A stretch of DNA of 64,000 bases, from contig OZ024740.1 of the NCBI GenBank assembly GCA_964016885.1, positions 146,010,001-146,074,000 of the forward strand. Reading direction: 5' to 3'. The stretch comes from Eledone cirrhosa. Lineage: Eukaryota. Shown here piece by piece: positions 12,845 through 25,251 of the stretch. The notes beneath the pieces were generated by a model that did not search any database, had not been told where the DNA came from, and saw nothing but the letters and a program-made list of their open reading frames with translations. Both the position numbers and the translations under genes were made by a program. Position 1 is the first letter of the stretch; each line of letters opens with the position of its first letter.

Positions 12845-14274
12845 CATCATCATCATCATCGTTTAACGTCCATCTTCCACGCTAGCATGGGTTAGACGGT
12901 TTTGTTCCATTTGATGCAGGGATGGGTTAAGAGGTGCCTACTGACTGTAGGTTAGTATGCAATGGCAGTCGGGTCTTCTGTACAACTGTATGGCGCCAAA
13001 GGTCTTGATCCAGTGTCATTGTCTTAGAGAGGTGTAGGCGAGCAAGGTCAGTTTTTATCACCTCGTCCCAGGTTTTTCTTGGTCTACCCACTCCGTAGCT
13101 TCCATCAATTTTCATTGCCCTGCACTTTTTTAAACAGCTGTTGACCTTCATACACATCACATGTCCATACCAACACAATCTCCTCTCCAGAACACAACAT
13201 TTGATACCTCTTATGCTTAGTCTCTCTCTTAATATGTTTATGCTTCGCCTTTCGCACACATTACTATTACACATCCACCGGAGCATGCAAGCTTCATTTC
13301 TTTCTAATCTACGCAGGTCTTCAGCATGCAATGCCCACGTCTCACTACCATGCAATATCGCTGTTCGTATACATGCATCATACAATCTGCTTTTTATTTT
13401 TAGAGAAAAACCCCTTGTGGCCAACAGCGGTATTAGCTCTCTGAACTTTTTTCATCCTGCTCTAACTCTGGCTACTACACTTTCAGAGTACCCTCCTCCA
13501 CTGTTGATTTTGTCACCCAGGTAACAGAAGGTGTCTACTATTTCTAAGGCCTTTTGATTCAAGGCCATGCTTCCATGTTTGGAACTTCCTCTCTAGTTCA
13601 GCCATGGATTCAGCTATGAGAGTTAGATCATCTGCATATAGAAGTTCCCATGGGTAGCCAGTCTTAAACCCCTCTGTTATAGCCTGTAGGACAATAATAA
13701 ACAGGAGGGGGCTAAGAACGGAGCCCTGGTGAACCCCTACTATTACGCTAAATTCATCACTATATTCATCGTTAATTCTAACCTTGCTGACTGTTTCTCT
13801 ATACGTGGCTTGTATAGCTCTCACAAGCCATTCTTCCACTCCTAGTTTTCTAAGAGCCCACCAGATTAAGGTGCGTGGGACTCTGTCAAAGGCCTTCTCC
13901 CGGTCAACAAAAGTTAAGTAGAGGGGTTTACTGTTAGCTAGGAGGTACTTCTCCTGTAGTTGACGTACTAGGAAAAGCGCGTCTGTGGTACTTTTACTGC
14001 ATTTCATCTAGATCAACTTGGTCTCTAATCAGTTGAGTAATAACTCTTTCTGTGACTTTCATGACTTGGTCAACTAATTTAATACCCCTATAGTTTCCTC
14101 TATCCAGGGCATCTCCTTTGTCCTTGTAACAGTTGATGATGATGCTGCTATGCCAGTCATTTGGTATGGCCCTATTCTGTATTACTTGGTTTACTATCCA
14201 GGTGACCTTAGTATGTCCCACCATTCCAGATACCTTCAACATTTCAGCTATTATCCCCGAAGGCCCAGCTGCCT
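12845..14274 (-). mobile_element. RTE-clade LINE, 5'-truncated with internal deletions, (ATG)n tail
   Basis: ORFs 12927-13424, 13513-14007 (GVHQGSVLSPLLF, LLYADDL), 13994-14242. Confidence 0.95.
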
Positions 14275-14352
14275 AATAAATTATATTCACTAGGACTCTT
14301 TTCAACACACTGACGCATATGTGTGTGTATGTGCATATGCATACATTTATAT

Positions 14353-16417
14353 GTCTTAGTCTTAGTCTTAGATTCTTCCGGCGCATGAAGCAGTAAGTAC
14401 TCGCCAACGGTCACGATCAGCGGCAATTCTTTCAAGACCGGGCCAGGTGATGTTGGCTGCCATCAGGTCCTTCCAGAACGTTCGTCGCCACTTGATCCTT
14501 GGGCAAACCCGCATCTGTTTACCGCCAGGCGGAGTCCAGTTCATTGCTGTTTTTGAACTTATTGCACCAGAGCACCGGCCACATATAAAATCTATATTCT
14601 TAGTTAGCTTACCTGTGATCCCACTACATCTTTTATGCACCCATACTTTGCATTTGGGACATAAAATGGAGTTTCTGCCTACTCCTTTCCTACACACTGA
14701 GCATGGCCATTTCCCAGATGGGACCAATGCCCTATTTTCCTTCCTACAAACTAGAACTTTAGTCTTAGACAGGTTAATTTTAAGGCATTTTGATTCTAGG
14801 TCATGCTTCCATGTTTGGAATTTCTTCTCTAGTTCAGCCATTGATTCAGCTATGAGCGTTAGATCATCTGCGTATAGCCTGAACTCCTCTGTTATAGCCT
14901 GAAGGGCAATAATAAATAGGAGGGGGCTAAGGACGGAGCTCTGATAAACACCAACTTTTTTACACTAAATTCTTCACAATATTCATTGTTAATTCTAACC
15001 TTGCTGACTGTTTCTTTATACATGGCTTGTATAGCTCTCACAAGCCATTCATCAACACCTAGTTTTCTGAGAGCCCACCAGATAATGGGGCGTGGGACTC
15101 TGTCAAAGGCTTTCTCCAAGTCAACAAAAGCTAAGTATAGGGGTTTACTTTTAGCTAGGTACTTCTCCTGTAGTTGTCGTACAATGAAAAGAGCGTCTGT
15201 GGTACTTTTACCTGACACAAACCCGAACTGCATTTCATCTAGATCAATTCGCACTCTGATTAGTTGCGCTATTACTTTTTCTGTGACCTTCATGACCTGA
15301 TCAACTAATTTAATGCCTCTATAGTTTCCCCTATCTAGGGCATCTCCTTTACCCTTGTAGCAGTTAATGATGATGCTGCTACGCCATTCCTTCGGAATGA
15401 CCCCATTCTGTATGACTTGGTTTACTATCCGGGTGACCGTAGTGTGCCCCACCGTTCCAGATGCTTTCAGCATTTCAGCAACTATTTCCGAAGGCCCAGC
15501 CGCCTTGCCCGTCTTCATATCTTTGATTGCCTTACTTATTATACTACCTTCAACTTGCACTGCTGGTCCCTCTATTGGATCGATGTGGGGGAGACTGTCT
15601 TTCTCTCATTTATTCTCCTCATTTAGTAGCCTTTCGTAGTGACACTTCCAAGCTACCTTCTTATCAGTATCAGTGAGGGCAAGTACACCATCATCATTAA
15701 GGACACACTTCTCTCCGACAATATCACGGTTTTCCTTGACACATTGCCTAGCAATCCTGAACACCTCAGGTTTTTGGTCCTCGCGTTGTAGAACATGCTT
15801 GAACTTTCTTTCCTCTGCTTCCCTTCTTGTGAAGTACACTTGTCTCCTAGCTTCCCTCCTGGCCACTTGATAGTCTTCTCTACTTCCCCCATCCCGCCAT
15901 ACTTTCCAAGCTTGCTTTTTGGCCTTGATTGACTCCTCCATCTTACTGTTCCACCACCAAGTTACTCTCCTCCTGCCTATAGGTCTGCTCCAGCCACAGA
16001 TTTCATCTGTCGCCTTCAGCAAGTTAGCTTTCAGGAATTCCCACTGTTCCTCTATATTGTACGACTCTAATTGCTCTTCCTTACTATCAAAAGCATCAAG
16101 TAATATGCTTTTAAATTTATTACTGGCTGTGGGGTCCTTTAGCTTCCATATTTTTCTCCTGAGGATAGTCCTCCTCTGTTGTCGAGTACGTCTCGTCCTG
16201 ACTATGAGGTCGCTAATTATGAGTCTATGTTGAGAGGTGCATTCTTCATGGGGGAGGGATTTAGTGTTTACAACAGACACTCTGTCACGTCTTCTGGTAA
16301 GGATATAATCTATCTGGCTGGTGTGCTCCCTGATCTATAGGTGATCAAGTGATTGTCTCGTTTTTTGAAGTTAGTGTTACAGATAGTTAGGTTATTTGTG
16401 TCACAGAATTCCAGGAT
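14353..16417 (-). mobile_element. RTE-clade LINE (APE end, linker, RT, Cys-rich finger) joined to the 3' end of another LINE with a (TAAGAC)3 tail
   Basis: ORFs 15606-16280, 14892-15560 (NYRGIKL, FVDLEKAFD), 14368-14841; APE motifs SQIDYIL and SQHRLII at ~16230-16320. Confidence 0.9.
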
Positions 16418-17287
16418 TCTGGAGCCTTCCTCATTTCTAGTACCAGATAGTTAGCGAGAAGGTTTAAATAAAATCCTCGAATTTTGGGCATAATTGAACA
16501 AGCATATATAACAGTAATAAGAGAAGAATTATGGGATTTTAAAATACAAGAAGATTGTTTTGAACAATCAGACAGAATTATCGAATAGCATTGAAAAAGC
16601 AAAGATTGGATTCTGGACAAAATGATACAGATAGATGAATGGAGCGGGGAAAAAATGGAGAGAAGAGTAAAGAAAATAGCATTTGTATGTTACATTTCCC
16701 CGAGCGAGCAAGCAGCCTAGCCAGGAATAGGGATTGACGAATTCTGAATTTCGTACTCGCACCAGGTTTATTTTATATTTGGAGAGAGAGGAAGGGATTG
16801 AGAGAGAACCAGCAGGCGCGTATACGATATATAGGGGGGGGGGATGAAGAATAGGAGGGAGCAGAGAAGGTTATTTTATAAAATCCTAGAATTTCTTTTT
16901 TTATAAAATCCTAGAATATCTTTTTTTTTCCCACACTTACATAATACAGTACATCTCCTATATTACTCAACTCCATAACTTAATAAATATTGCCATTTCT
17001 ACATTACATGCCACTACATTATACCATACATCTGCGATGGGGCATGAATACTAACACATATACAACTGCTTTGCTATTTAAAATTTACAAATTTCCCTTT
17101 GTTATTGTAAACTAGCGTTTTAATGTACTATACTTTTAACATTATTTTCAAACTTGTCTAAGCACCTGAAGATTAGGTCATAATTTTGATTTCTCTTACA
17201 ACCTGGAGATATGGTCAATATTGGACCTTGATACCTTAGGTAGCACTTTTGTTCTTTCTATGAACATAAATAAATTATATATATATA

Positions 17288-18020
17288 TCATCATCATCAT
17301 CATTTTACCTCCGCTTTTCCTTGCTTGCAAGGGTTGGATGGGTCCTATTCAGCACAGCATCTCTCCACTTGTCACGGTCCTTCGTCATCTCGGTGAGTTT
17401 CAGCGATGTGAGGTCTGCTCTCACTACCTCCGCCCATGTTTTTCGTGGTCTACTTCTATTGCGACTTCCCTCCACTAGGACTTCCTGGCACTTCTTCACC
17501 CAGCGGTCATCCTCCATGTGCATCACATGTCCATACGATCTCAGCCTTCTCTCCTGCACACCACAACTTATCCTGCTTAAACCCAGTCTCTTTCTCAACT
17601 CGTCTATGCTTGGTCGTTCACGCACATTGACATTGCACATCCAACGGAGCATACTTGCTTCATTTCTCTTCAGCTGTCGCATATCTTCTGCAGTTGCCGC
17701 CCATGTCTCACTACCATGCATCTCACACAAGCATCATATAACCATCCTTTCGTACGCAGGGAGAAACCCTTCTTTGTCAACAGAGGAAGCAGCTCCCTAA
17801 ACTTCTTCCAACCCGTCCTCATTCTAGATACTATGGCCTCGGAACACCCCCTCCTCCCATGCTAACCCAGGTACCGGAAGCTATCAACCACTTCTATAGA
17901 ACCCACCTGCATTGGAAAAATGAGTCTATCACAGTGATTACTACTGCCAACTTTCCCTGTACATCTACTGCATATGTAGTTTTCCCTACCTGTTAGTTTG
18001 CCTGCTATCCCACTACATCT
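17288..18020 (-). mobile_element. RTE LINE 3' fragment (second subfamily)
   Basis: ORF 17305-17730 HGSETW...RRLRSYGHV...RPRKTW; (ATG)n tail. Confidence 0.9.
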
Positions 18021-18758
18021 CATATATATATATCAGAAACATTTTTTCACGCTTAGACTTGCTGAAGCATGGTACAAACTACATGCATCAGTTGTTTGCT
18101 GTCGGGACACTGCATCCTTCAAAACTTCCATGCTTCCTGAAATTCGCCAGCACTACACCTGACATTCCCGCTCCATACACACACACATGCATGTGCATGT
18201 GTGTGTATCTGTGTGTATATCATGACTCATACACTGTTCACTTTCCTGACATTTGTACATTATTCTATGTACTATACATGTACCTTTGATGAGTTGTACA
18301 CAATAATTTTCATTATTATATATATATAAAGTTTATGTTCTTTTATTTTCAATTTTCAAATAATGTAAAATATCTGATGAAGGTAGATTATTCGTGATGC
18401 ATTTTTGATAGCTTCTTCTGAAAGTTTTACAAAAATAGCTTATTTCTTCAAAGGAGTCAGTCAAAAACAATAAAAAATAGTTATTTCAAAACAGGTTTTA
18501 ATCCTTGTGCCACTACTGAACTAGCATTTTGGCAATATCGGTAGAGGGTCAGACGACATGCTTTGACGCATAGAGTTACGGTCCTTGCCATTCTGAGTTC
18601 AAATCCTGCCGAGGTTAACTTTGCCTTTCATCCTTACGGGGTCGATAAAATAAAGTACCAGTAATGCATTGGGTAATTGTGGCCTTGTGCCAAAAGTAGA
18701 AACAATTATTTCAATTTGTTTTTGTTAATCAGAAGTCTTTTTTTTTTTCATTTCATAG

Positions 18759-18855
18759 GTGAGACAGAAAATAAACCAGTCTTATGCTGTGATGCACAGA
18801 AATGTGAAACCAACAAGTGAATCACCTGATAGATTATCTTTAGAAATTGATGAAG
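18759..18855 (+). CDS. DENND2: DENND2-like exon (VRQKINQSYAVMHRNVKPTSESPDRLSLEIDE)
   Basis: tttcatag/gtaaat; phase 0 to 1, matches next exon. Confidence 0.8.
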
Positions 18856-18882
18856 GTAAATTTGTTGTTTCTTATTTATGTG

Positions 18883-19540
18883 AAAAGGGTTTATGGAGGG
18901 AGCTACACATGCAGAGGATGAAGAAACTGGTTCTTGGGAATCGTGTGAAGCTGGAAAGTGTGTAAACATTTTGTTACCTTGGAGACATGTTAGATAGAGA
19001 GGGTGGATCAGATCTGCATTTGTAACTAAAGTGAGATGTGCATGGAAAAAGTTCTGGTAACTGAGGAGAGTGTTGGTGAAACTGAAAGGTAAGGTGAATG
19101 CTGCATGTGTGAGAAGTGTCATGATTTATGGAACTAAGACATCGTATGAGAAACAGAGCAAAAGAGAAGGCTAAACAAAATGGAAATGAGAATGGTTTGG
19201 TGGATGAGCGAAGTATTATTCAGAGAGAGGAAGACAAACAATGAATTGCAAAAGAAGATGGGAATAGAGCCACAAATGAATGTTGTTGAAGAGAAATGAA
19301 GTTAGTTGACTGGGTCATGTTTTCAGGAAGTATGAAAGTGCCTGAGAGGAGTAATGAAAATGAATGTGGTGAAAAGTAGAAGAGGGAAACCAAAAAGGTG
19401 TGGCTAAAGATGATGGAAGAGGAACCTAAAGCCTGGTGGGCATGCAGATGATAGGGGAAAATGAAAAAGCTTGTCATGGGGCCTGTAAGGCTAACCCTTG
19501 CTTTATCAGAGAAGATGGTCTTAAAACACTTATTGTTGTG
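18883..19540 (+). mobile_element. Old decayed RTE fragment
   Basis: FCYLGDML...KVRCAWKKF...ACVRSVMIYG remnants. Confidence 0.7.
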
Positions 19541-19548
19541 TAGGTTAA

Positions 19549-19767
19549 CCCTTTAGCATTTACATTGCTCTATATATACTATTGTATTTTTGTGTTAAAG
19601 GCTTATCTTACATAATTATCTTACATAATATCCAATCTATGAGATTTTGATATTATTTATTTGAGTACAATACCTTAACATCAGTATTAGAGGCCATTTA
19701 CAGTCGGTTTCAACAGAAAGAGGTGAGAGAATTCTGGCCAGATACAGTCAGTTTAAATGCTAAAGGG
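19549..19767. mobile_element. piggyBac-type MITE (copies at 30021-30233, 42958-43165, ~52854-53052)
   Basis: TTAA TSD on both sides, TIR CCCTTTAGCATTTA...TAAATGCTAAAGGG. Confidence 0.9.
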
Positions 19768-20081
19768 TTAAGAGAGCAATATTTCAGTTTATTTTTCATT
19801 ATATAGATAAGACAAGGACAGTGGATTGGCAGTATCGGTAGAGGGTCGGACACAATGCTTTGCAGCATAGAGTTATGTCCCTTTATGATCTGAGTTCAAA
19901 TCCCGCCAAGGTTAACTTTGCCTTTCATCCTTACGGGGTCAATAAAATAAAGTACCAGTCACACACTTGAGTCGATTAAATCCCCCCCCCCCTTTTAAAA
20001 AAAAAATTTGAACCAGTCTTGTGCTTGACAGATACACAGACAAATGATGCCAGTATTATTCTTACTGTTTTCTTGCTATAG

Positions 20082-20155
20082 ATAATGACAGTTTGGTTGA
20101 TGAATCAGAAATAAAGAAAAGAGTAGAATATTGTAGTACTATAAGATGCAAAACG
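20082..20155 (+). CDS. DENND2: DENND2-like exon (DNDSLVDESEIKKRVEYCSTIRCKT)
   Basis: ctatag/gtaagt; phase 1 to 0. Confidence 0.85.
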
Positions 20156-20391
20156 GTAAGTGGCACTAATATTTTGGAGATTAAAACAATATTGTACTAT
20201 TTGTATTTTGTTTCTTTTCTTACTTTTTTTTTTGTAATTTTATTATCTAAATTTAATTACTGTTTATGACTTGAACAATTTAACATATTTGAATTAAGCA
20301 GTAAAAATATTGGAGGTTAAATCAATAATATTAAATACTAGAAAAAATGTTTTTAATGTGTTAGTACTATTATATGTTGATAATAATTATG

Positions 20392-20725
20392 GAGGCACAT
20401 GGCTTAGTGGTTAGAGCATTGGGCTTGCAATCGAAAGGTTGTGAGTTCAATTCTCAGACCGGGTGATGTGTTGTTTCCTTGAGCAAGACACTTTATTTCA
20501 CATTGCTCCAGTTTACTCAGCTGGAGAAATGAGATGATAGGTCTAAGTTCCCTATCATTCCACTGCAAAGTGGTCGTGGAGGTGCCACGGCAAAAAAGCA
20601 CCCAGCACTCACTGTAAATGAGGTTGGTGTTAGGAAGGGCATCCAGCTGTAGAAATCAAGCTAGAAGCAGTTCCCGTCCCACCCTTGCAAGCAGGGAAAA
20701 AGTGGACGTAAAATGAAATGATGAT
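20392..20725 (+). mobile_element. Composite tRNA + CORE-like + RTE-tail SINE (near-identical copies at 32589-32912 minus and 60468-60803 plus)
   Basis: A box TGGCTTAGTGG, B box GAGTTCAATTC, TTGAGCAAGACACTTTATTTCAC, 3' half matches RTE 3'UTRs in this window. Confidence 0.9.
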
Positions 20726-21417
20726 AAATTGTTTCTACTGTAGACACAAGGCCAGCAATTTTGAAGTGGAGAAGGAAAATCGATTAAATTGACCTCAGTG
20801 TGTTACTGGCCTTGTGCCTAAATTAGAAATCAATATTTTTGTAAATATTTAATAATATTATAAATACTGTGTTCTACTAAAATGGCAGAGAATTATCTGA
20901 AATAGTAGAACACTGGACTAAATTCATTACAGTATTCAGTAGAACACTGGACTAAATTCATTACAGTATTCAAATTGATTTCTATGGTTAACATTTCCCT
21001 TTCATCTTCCTACCATTAATTAGCGTAAATAACAGAGGGGCGGGGGGTTCTTTGAACCAACTAAACTTACCACCTGACAGTAGACTAGATGCTTTTTATC
21101 GTGGGCCCAGTACTACCACTTTAGAGTGGGCTGTGTGCATTTTATTGTGGCACCAGCACTACTACCTTTTAACACTAGGGCACTCATTGTATCCTCAGCC
21201 AGGCTGAGGAGGCAGTGATATAGAGTTGAAGGAAGTGGGCTACATGTTGCTTGCTGAGAGGTAGGGGAGGGAGTTATAGAAACTAGCCTGAATCTGATGG
21301 CACATTAATGGCTACACAAGTGTTGTATATATATTGTTTTCTTATTGTCATTGTTTTTGTTTCATTAATAACAGATATAAATAAATGAAAATTTCTTTAT
21401 TGTCTATTATTTAACAG

Positions 21418-21558
21418 AGTGAAAGAGTAAAAAAGTCTTTACGAGTCCTTGACAAAATTTATCCGCAATTATTTGAGTATGTTATTTGTGTTGGTCTCCG
21501 ATTAAATACTGAAAAGTTGGTGTATGAACCTTATGTTATCTATAAGTTTCCTGAAATA
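21418..21558 (+). CDS. DENND2: DENND2-like exon, uDENN start (SERVKKSLRVLDKIYPQLFEYVICVGLRLNTEKLVYEPYVIYKFPEI)
   Basis: acag/gtgagt; QLFEY..V.L...Y.P.V...FP is the uDENN N-terminal motif of DENND2/ST5. Confidence 0.95.
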
Positions 21559-21795
21559 GTGAGTATATACACATTTCATATTTTATTCTTTTATTCTTTT
21601 TTATTGCAAGATACTAATGCTACTCTCATAGCCCAATTACTATGATACACTTTTAACAATACATATTCATTTTACAAATGTGTTTCTTGAATAAACTTGT
21701 TTTGATTAATAATCTAAAAGAATTTTCATAAATATAAAAGTTTCATAGGAGGATTTTATAATGTTAGTAATATATTTTTTGAAAGACTTCTTAGG

Positions 21796-23127
21796 TCTCT
21801 CCTGTTCATCATGGTCCTGCAGGCAATAACGGAGGAGTTTAAGACCGGATGCCCATGGGAACTCTTGTATGCAGATGACCTCGCACTTATAGCTGAATCT
21901 ATGGTAGAACTAGAGAAGAAATTCCAAACTTGGAAGCAGGGACTAGAAAGAAAGGGTCTCAAAGTCACCATGACAAAGACTAAGGTCCTTGTAAGTAGAC
22001 GAGAAAACAGAACCCAGATCACCTGAGGGAAATGGCCTTGCTCAGTATGTAGGAAAGGTGTAGGTAGGAACTCCATTCTCTGCCCCAAATGCAAACAATG
22101 GGTACACAATAGATGTAGCGGGATCTCGGGAAGCTTAACTAAGAATGTAGGCTTTACATGTAGCAGCTGTGCTGGACAGCAAGCAGCAAACAGCTACAGG
22201 AAACAAGTACCACCAATCTCTGGGAGGGCTCTGTAGAAACAGTAGACAGCTTCTGCTACCTATGTGACCGAATTAGCAGCGGAGGTGGGTGTTCGGAAAG
22301 TACAATAACTAGGGTAAGAACAGGATGGAAGTAGTTTAGGGAGCTACTGCCACTGCTAGCTGCAAAAGGCTTTTCCCACAAAATGAAAGGCAGACTGTAT
22401 GATGCGTGTATACGAACAGCAATGTTACATGGTAGTGAGACCTGGGCGCAGTCTGTGGAAGACTTGCATAGATTAAAAAGAAATGAAGCCCGCATGCTTC
22501 GATGGATGTGTAATAGTAATATACGCGAACGGCAAAGCATTAACGAATTGAGAGAGAGACTGAGCATAAGAGGAATCAAATGCTGTGTGCAGGAGAGGCG
22601 GTTGCATTGGTATGGAATGTGATGCGTATGAAGGATGACAGCTGCATAAAAAGGTGCAGAGCACTAGAAGTCGATGGAAACCGCAGAGTGGGGAGACCCA
22701 AGAAGACCTGGGATGAGATGATAAAAGCTGACCATACCCAATTACAGCTCTCAAAGGCGATGACACACGACCGTAACCTCTGGTGTCACGCAGTAATACA
22801 GAAGACCCGACTCCCCACGGGTACAAGCCGAAGCTGAAGCATATAGATAATATGACCCCACTGCAAAGTGGTCGTGGAGGTGCCACGGCAAAAAAGCACC
22901 CAGCCCTTCACTGTAAAGTGAACATGTAGGCGCCATGGAAAAAAGCACCCAGCACTCACTGTAAATGAGGCTGGTCTTAGGAAGGGCATCCAGCTGTAGA
23001 AATCAAGCCAGAATCAGTTCCTGTATGAGCAAGGCATAGTCAGCCGACCGGACACTGCCCTCAACAGGACAACCCATCTAACCCATGCTAGCGTGGAAGA
23101 ACGGACGTTAACCGGTGATGATGATGA
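21796..23127 (+). mobile_element. RTE LINE, 5'-truncated, with long 3'UTR and (GAT)n tail
   Basis: ORFs 21811-22026 (LLYADDL), 22383-22622, 22580-22837. Confidence 0.95.
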
Positions 23128-25200
23128 TTTTTTATTCTAAACAATTGGAATTCCAACGACAGTTGTTTCCTGTATTTTCTGGAATACATTGTTAGATAAT
23201 GTTTAATGTTAGTTATTGAGATTTTTAGGAGTATCTGAAAGTAAAACAATTAATAAGATATGTGAGCGTTGTAGTTTGCTTGAAACATTATGAAAACTGT
23301 AGAAAATAATGTTTTTTTAGAGAGCTACAGCAATGCAAATTGGACATTAAATGTTAAAAATAATTGTTTCTACTTTTGGCACAAGGCCAGCAATTTCCCC
23401 TGAGTGTTACTGGTGCTTTATTTTATCGACCCCATGAGGATGAAAGGCAAAGTTAACCTCGGCAGGATTTGAACTCAGAACGTAAAGGGCCATAACTCTA
23501 GGCTGCAAAGCATGGTGTCTGAAGCTCTACCGATACTGCCAGTCCAATGACAACAAAGAGGTTGGAATGTTACTTTGGAGATGTTTAATTAGTCTTTAAT
23601 ATTTCAAGATAAAATCCCTTGGGTTGTGGAAACTAAGTTGGAGCAGGATACCTTGTGTTGTAAATGCAGTAAAATAAACAATTCGATAGAATTGTTTATT
23701 TTACTGTATTTATTACATACAGTTGTACTAATAGCGTTTTAGTTCCTTAAGTAAACCCTAAATTCTCAAGCTGAACCAATAAAGCCACCTGCAATCTCTT
23801 CATCCACATAATTTTTTTAAACAACCTACTTTTTGAGTATATTGTTTTCAAGAAGTAATTAATTATGAAACAGGACTGATTCCTCTATAATATTATTTGT
23901 CATGTGTTTGTATGTTACACTTCAAAGGGATATTCTTATCTGTTGTAATTAGGGAGAGAAGCAGGCAGTAAGACAGCAAGGGAGGGGGAATACGAAAGTG
24001 TTTTTCTGGAATAAAAGTGAAAGCTGCATTAATTTTTGTTTAATTAAAAGGATAAACAGATTTAGTATCTTTAATTACTTGCTCAAATCCATTGTTTTTG
24101 TAAATGATAAAGGGCTTCGTGGCATCAGGAATGTGCCAGAAACAGCTGTAGATTACCACCAAGTGACTCAAATTTACCATTTAAAATAGAAAGGATCCAA
24201 TTTACACTCTAAGTTCAATGACTACAATGTACAAGGGCAAACTTTCAATAAAGAAGAAAGATATTTTCTGCAGCCAGTGTTTGGCCACACAATTATATGT
24301 ATCTTTTTCTAGAGTGGAAAATCATTGGATATTTGGAGTTAAAGTTACGTAGATGAACAAGCAAGAAAAACAACAAGGAAAGATTGTAATGAAAAACATT
24401 GTGTACAGTGATGTTCTCAACTAAATATTGTATACAGTGAGCTCCTGAGCTAAACATTAGAATTTTCTAATTTTATTAACTTGTCTTCTAATATTCCTAT
24501 TAAATTTATATCTGCCGAAGTAGCCATGATACATATTCTTACTAACACTATGTTACCTAAATCCTAATTTTTCAACATTCCCTATCCATTGTGTAGCAAT
24601 GAAACATTCTTACACAACAAGTGTTGTAAGGCCATTGATCAATATCTGTTTGATATCTAGTTGTTAGCAGGTTCAAACTTGCATATATGCATCTATATTT
24701 GTGTTGTGTATTTAATGGGGCAAGAATAGGATGACAAATTATTGGAAATTAGTTGCTAAGTCTAAGTTGGAAACCTTTTGCTCACAGTAGAGAAAGGAAA
24801 AATTTCAAGATGTTTACTTGTTAGAATTATAATGTATCATAAAAAAATCAAGATTTTAGAGAACTATGATAAAAGTTTTCATTTGTTTAGGCATAAATGC
24901 AAAGTATGTTTATATACTTCTTTTTTTTTTTGCTTTTCTGTTTTTAACTTATATTAACAGTAACAATTAATTAGAAATAATTTTGTAATATATTTTTGTG
25001 AAAAATAACCTTCCTAATTTACCATTACTAATTGCTTTTCTTTTCTAAACTTCTCATTTTGTGTTTGTGATTTTCATTTAATGCTTAATTTTAATTATTG
25101 CTGCTCAACTAATAAGTGTTTCTAATGTTTGTGTTTTCGTGAGTATTTAACTTTTGCAAAATGATTTGGCCTATAACTTGAATGATATTGAACTTTCTAG

Positions 25201-25251
25201 CGGAACTACAAACTAGACACAGCTGGCCATTTACTGCTTTGCTCAGCAGTG
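25201..25251 (+). CDS. DENND2: Candidate symmetric 51-nt cassette exon (RNYKLDTAGHLLLCSAV)
   Basis: tttctag acceptor, GTG|gtaagt donor, phase 0-0, stop-free in host frame. Confidence 0.5.

Noticed and set aside
16452-16920. Short direct repeats GAGAAGGTT..TAAAATCCT.GAATTT bounding ~450 bp
   Set aside because: Too short and diverged to define an element; no TSD or LTR termini seen
17165-17245. Possible tandem hammerhead pair (CTGAAGA..GGTCA/TGATT; CTGGAGA..GGTC/GACC..GATA CCTTAGG TA)
   Set aside because: Both cores are too degenerate (no GAAA, stem I unclear) to support a call
20392-20465. tRNA genes at SINE heads (also 7361, 60468, 32840)
   Set aside because: A/B boxes are present but continue into SINE bodies with no proper cloverleaf or terminator
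20904-20972. 34-bp tandem duplication; also (TA)n at 36887 and 37755
   Set aside because: Ordinary slippage and microsatellites
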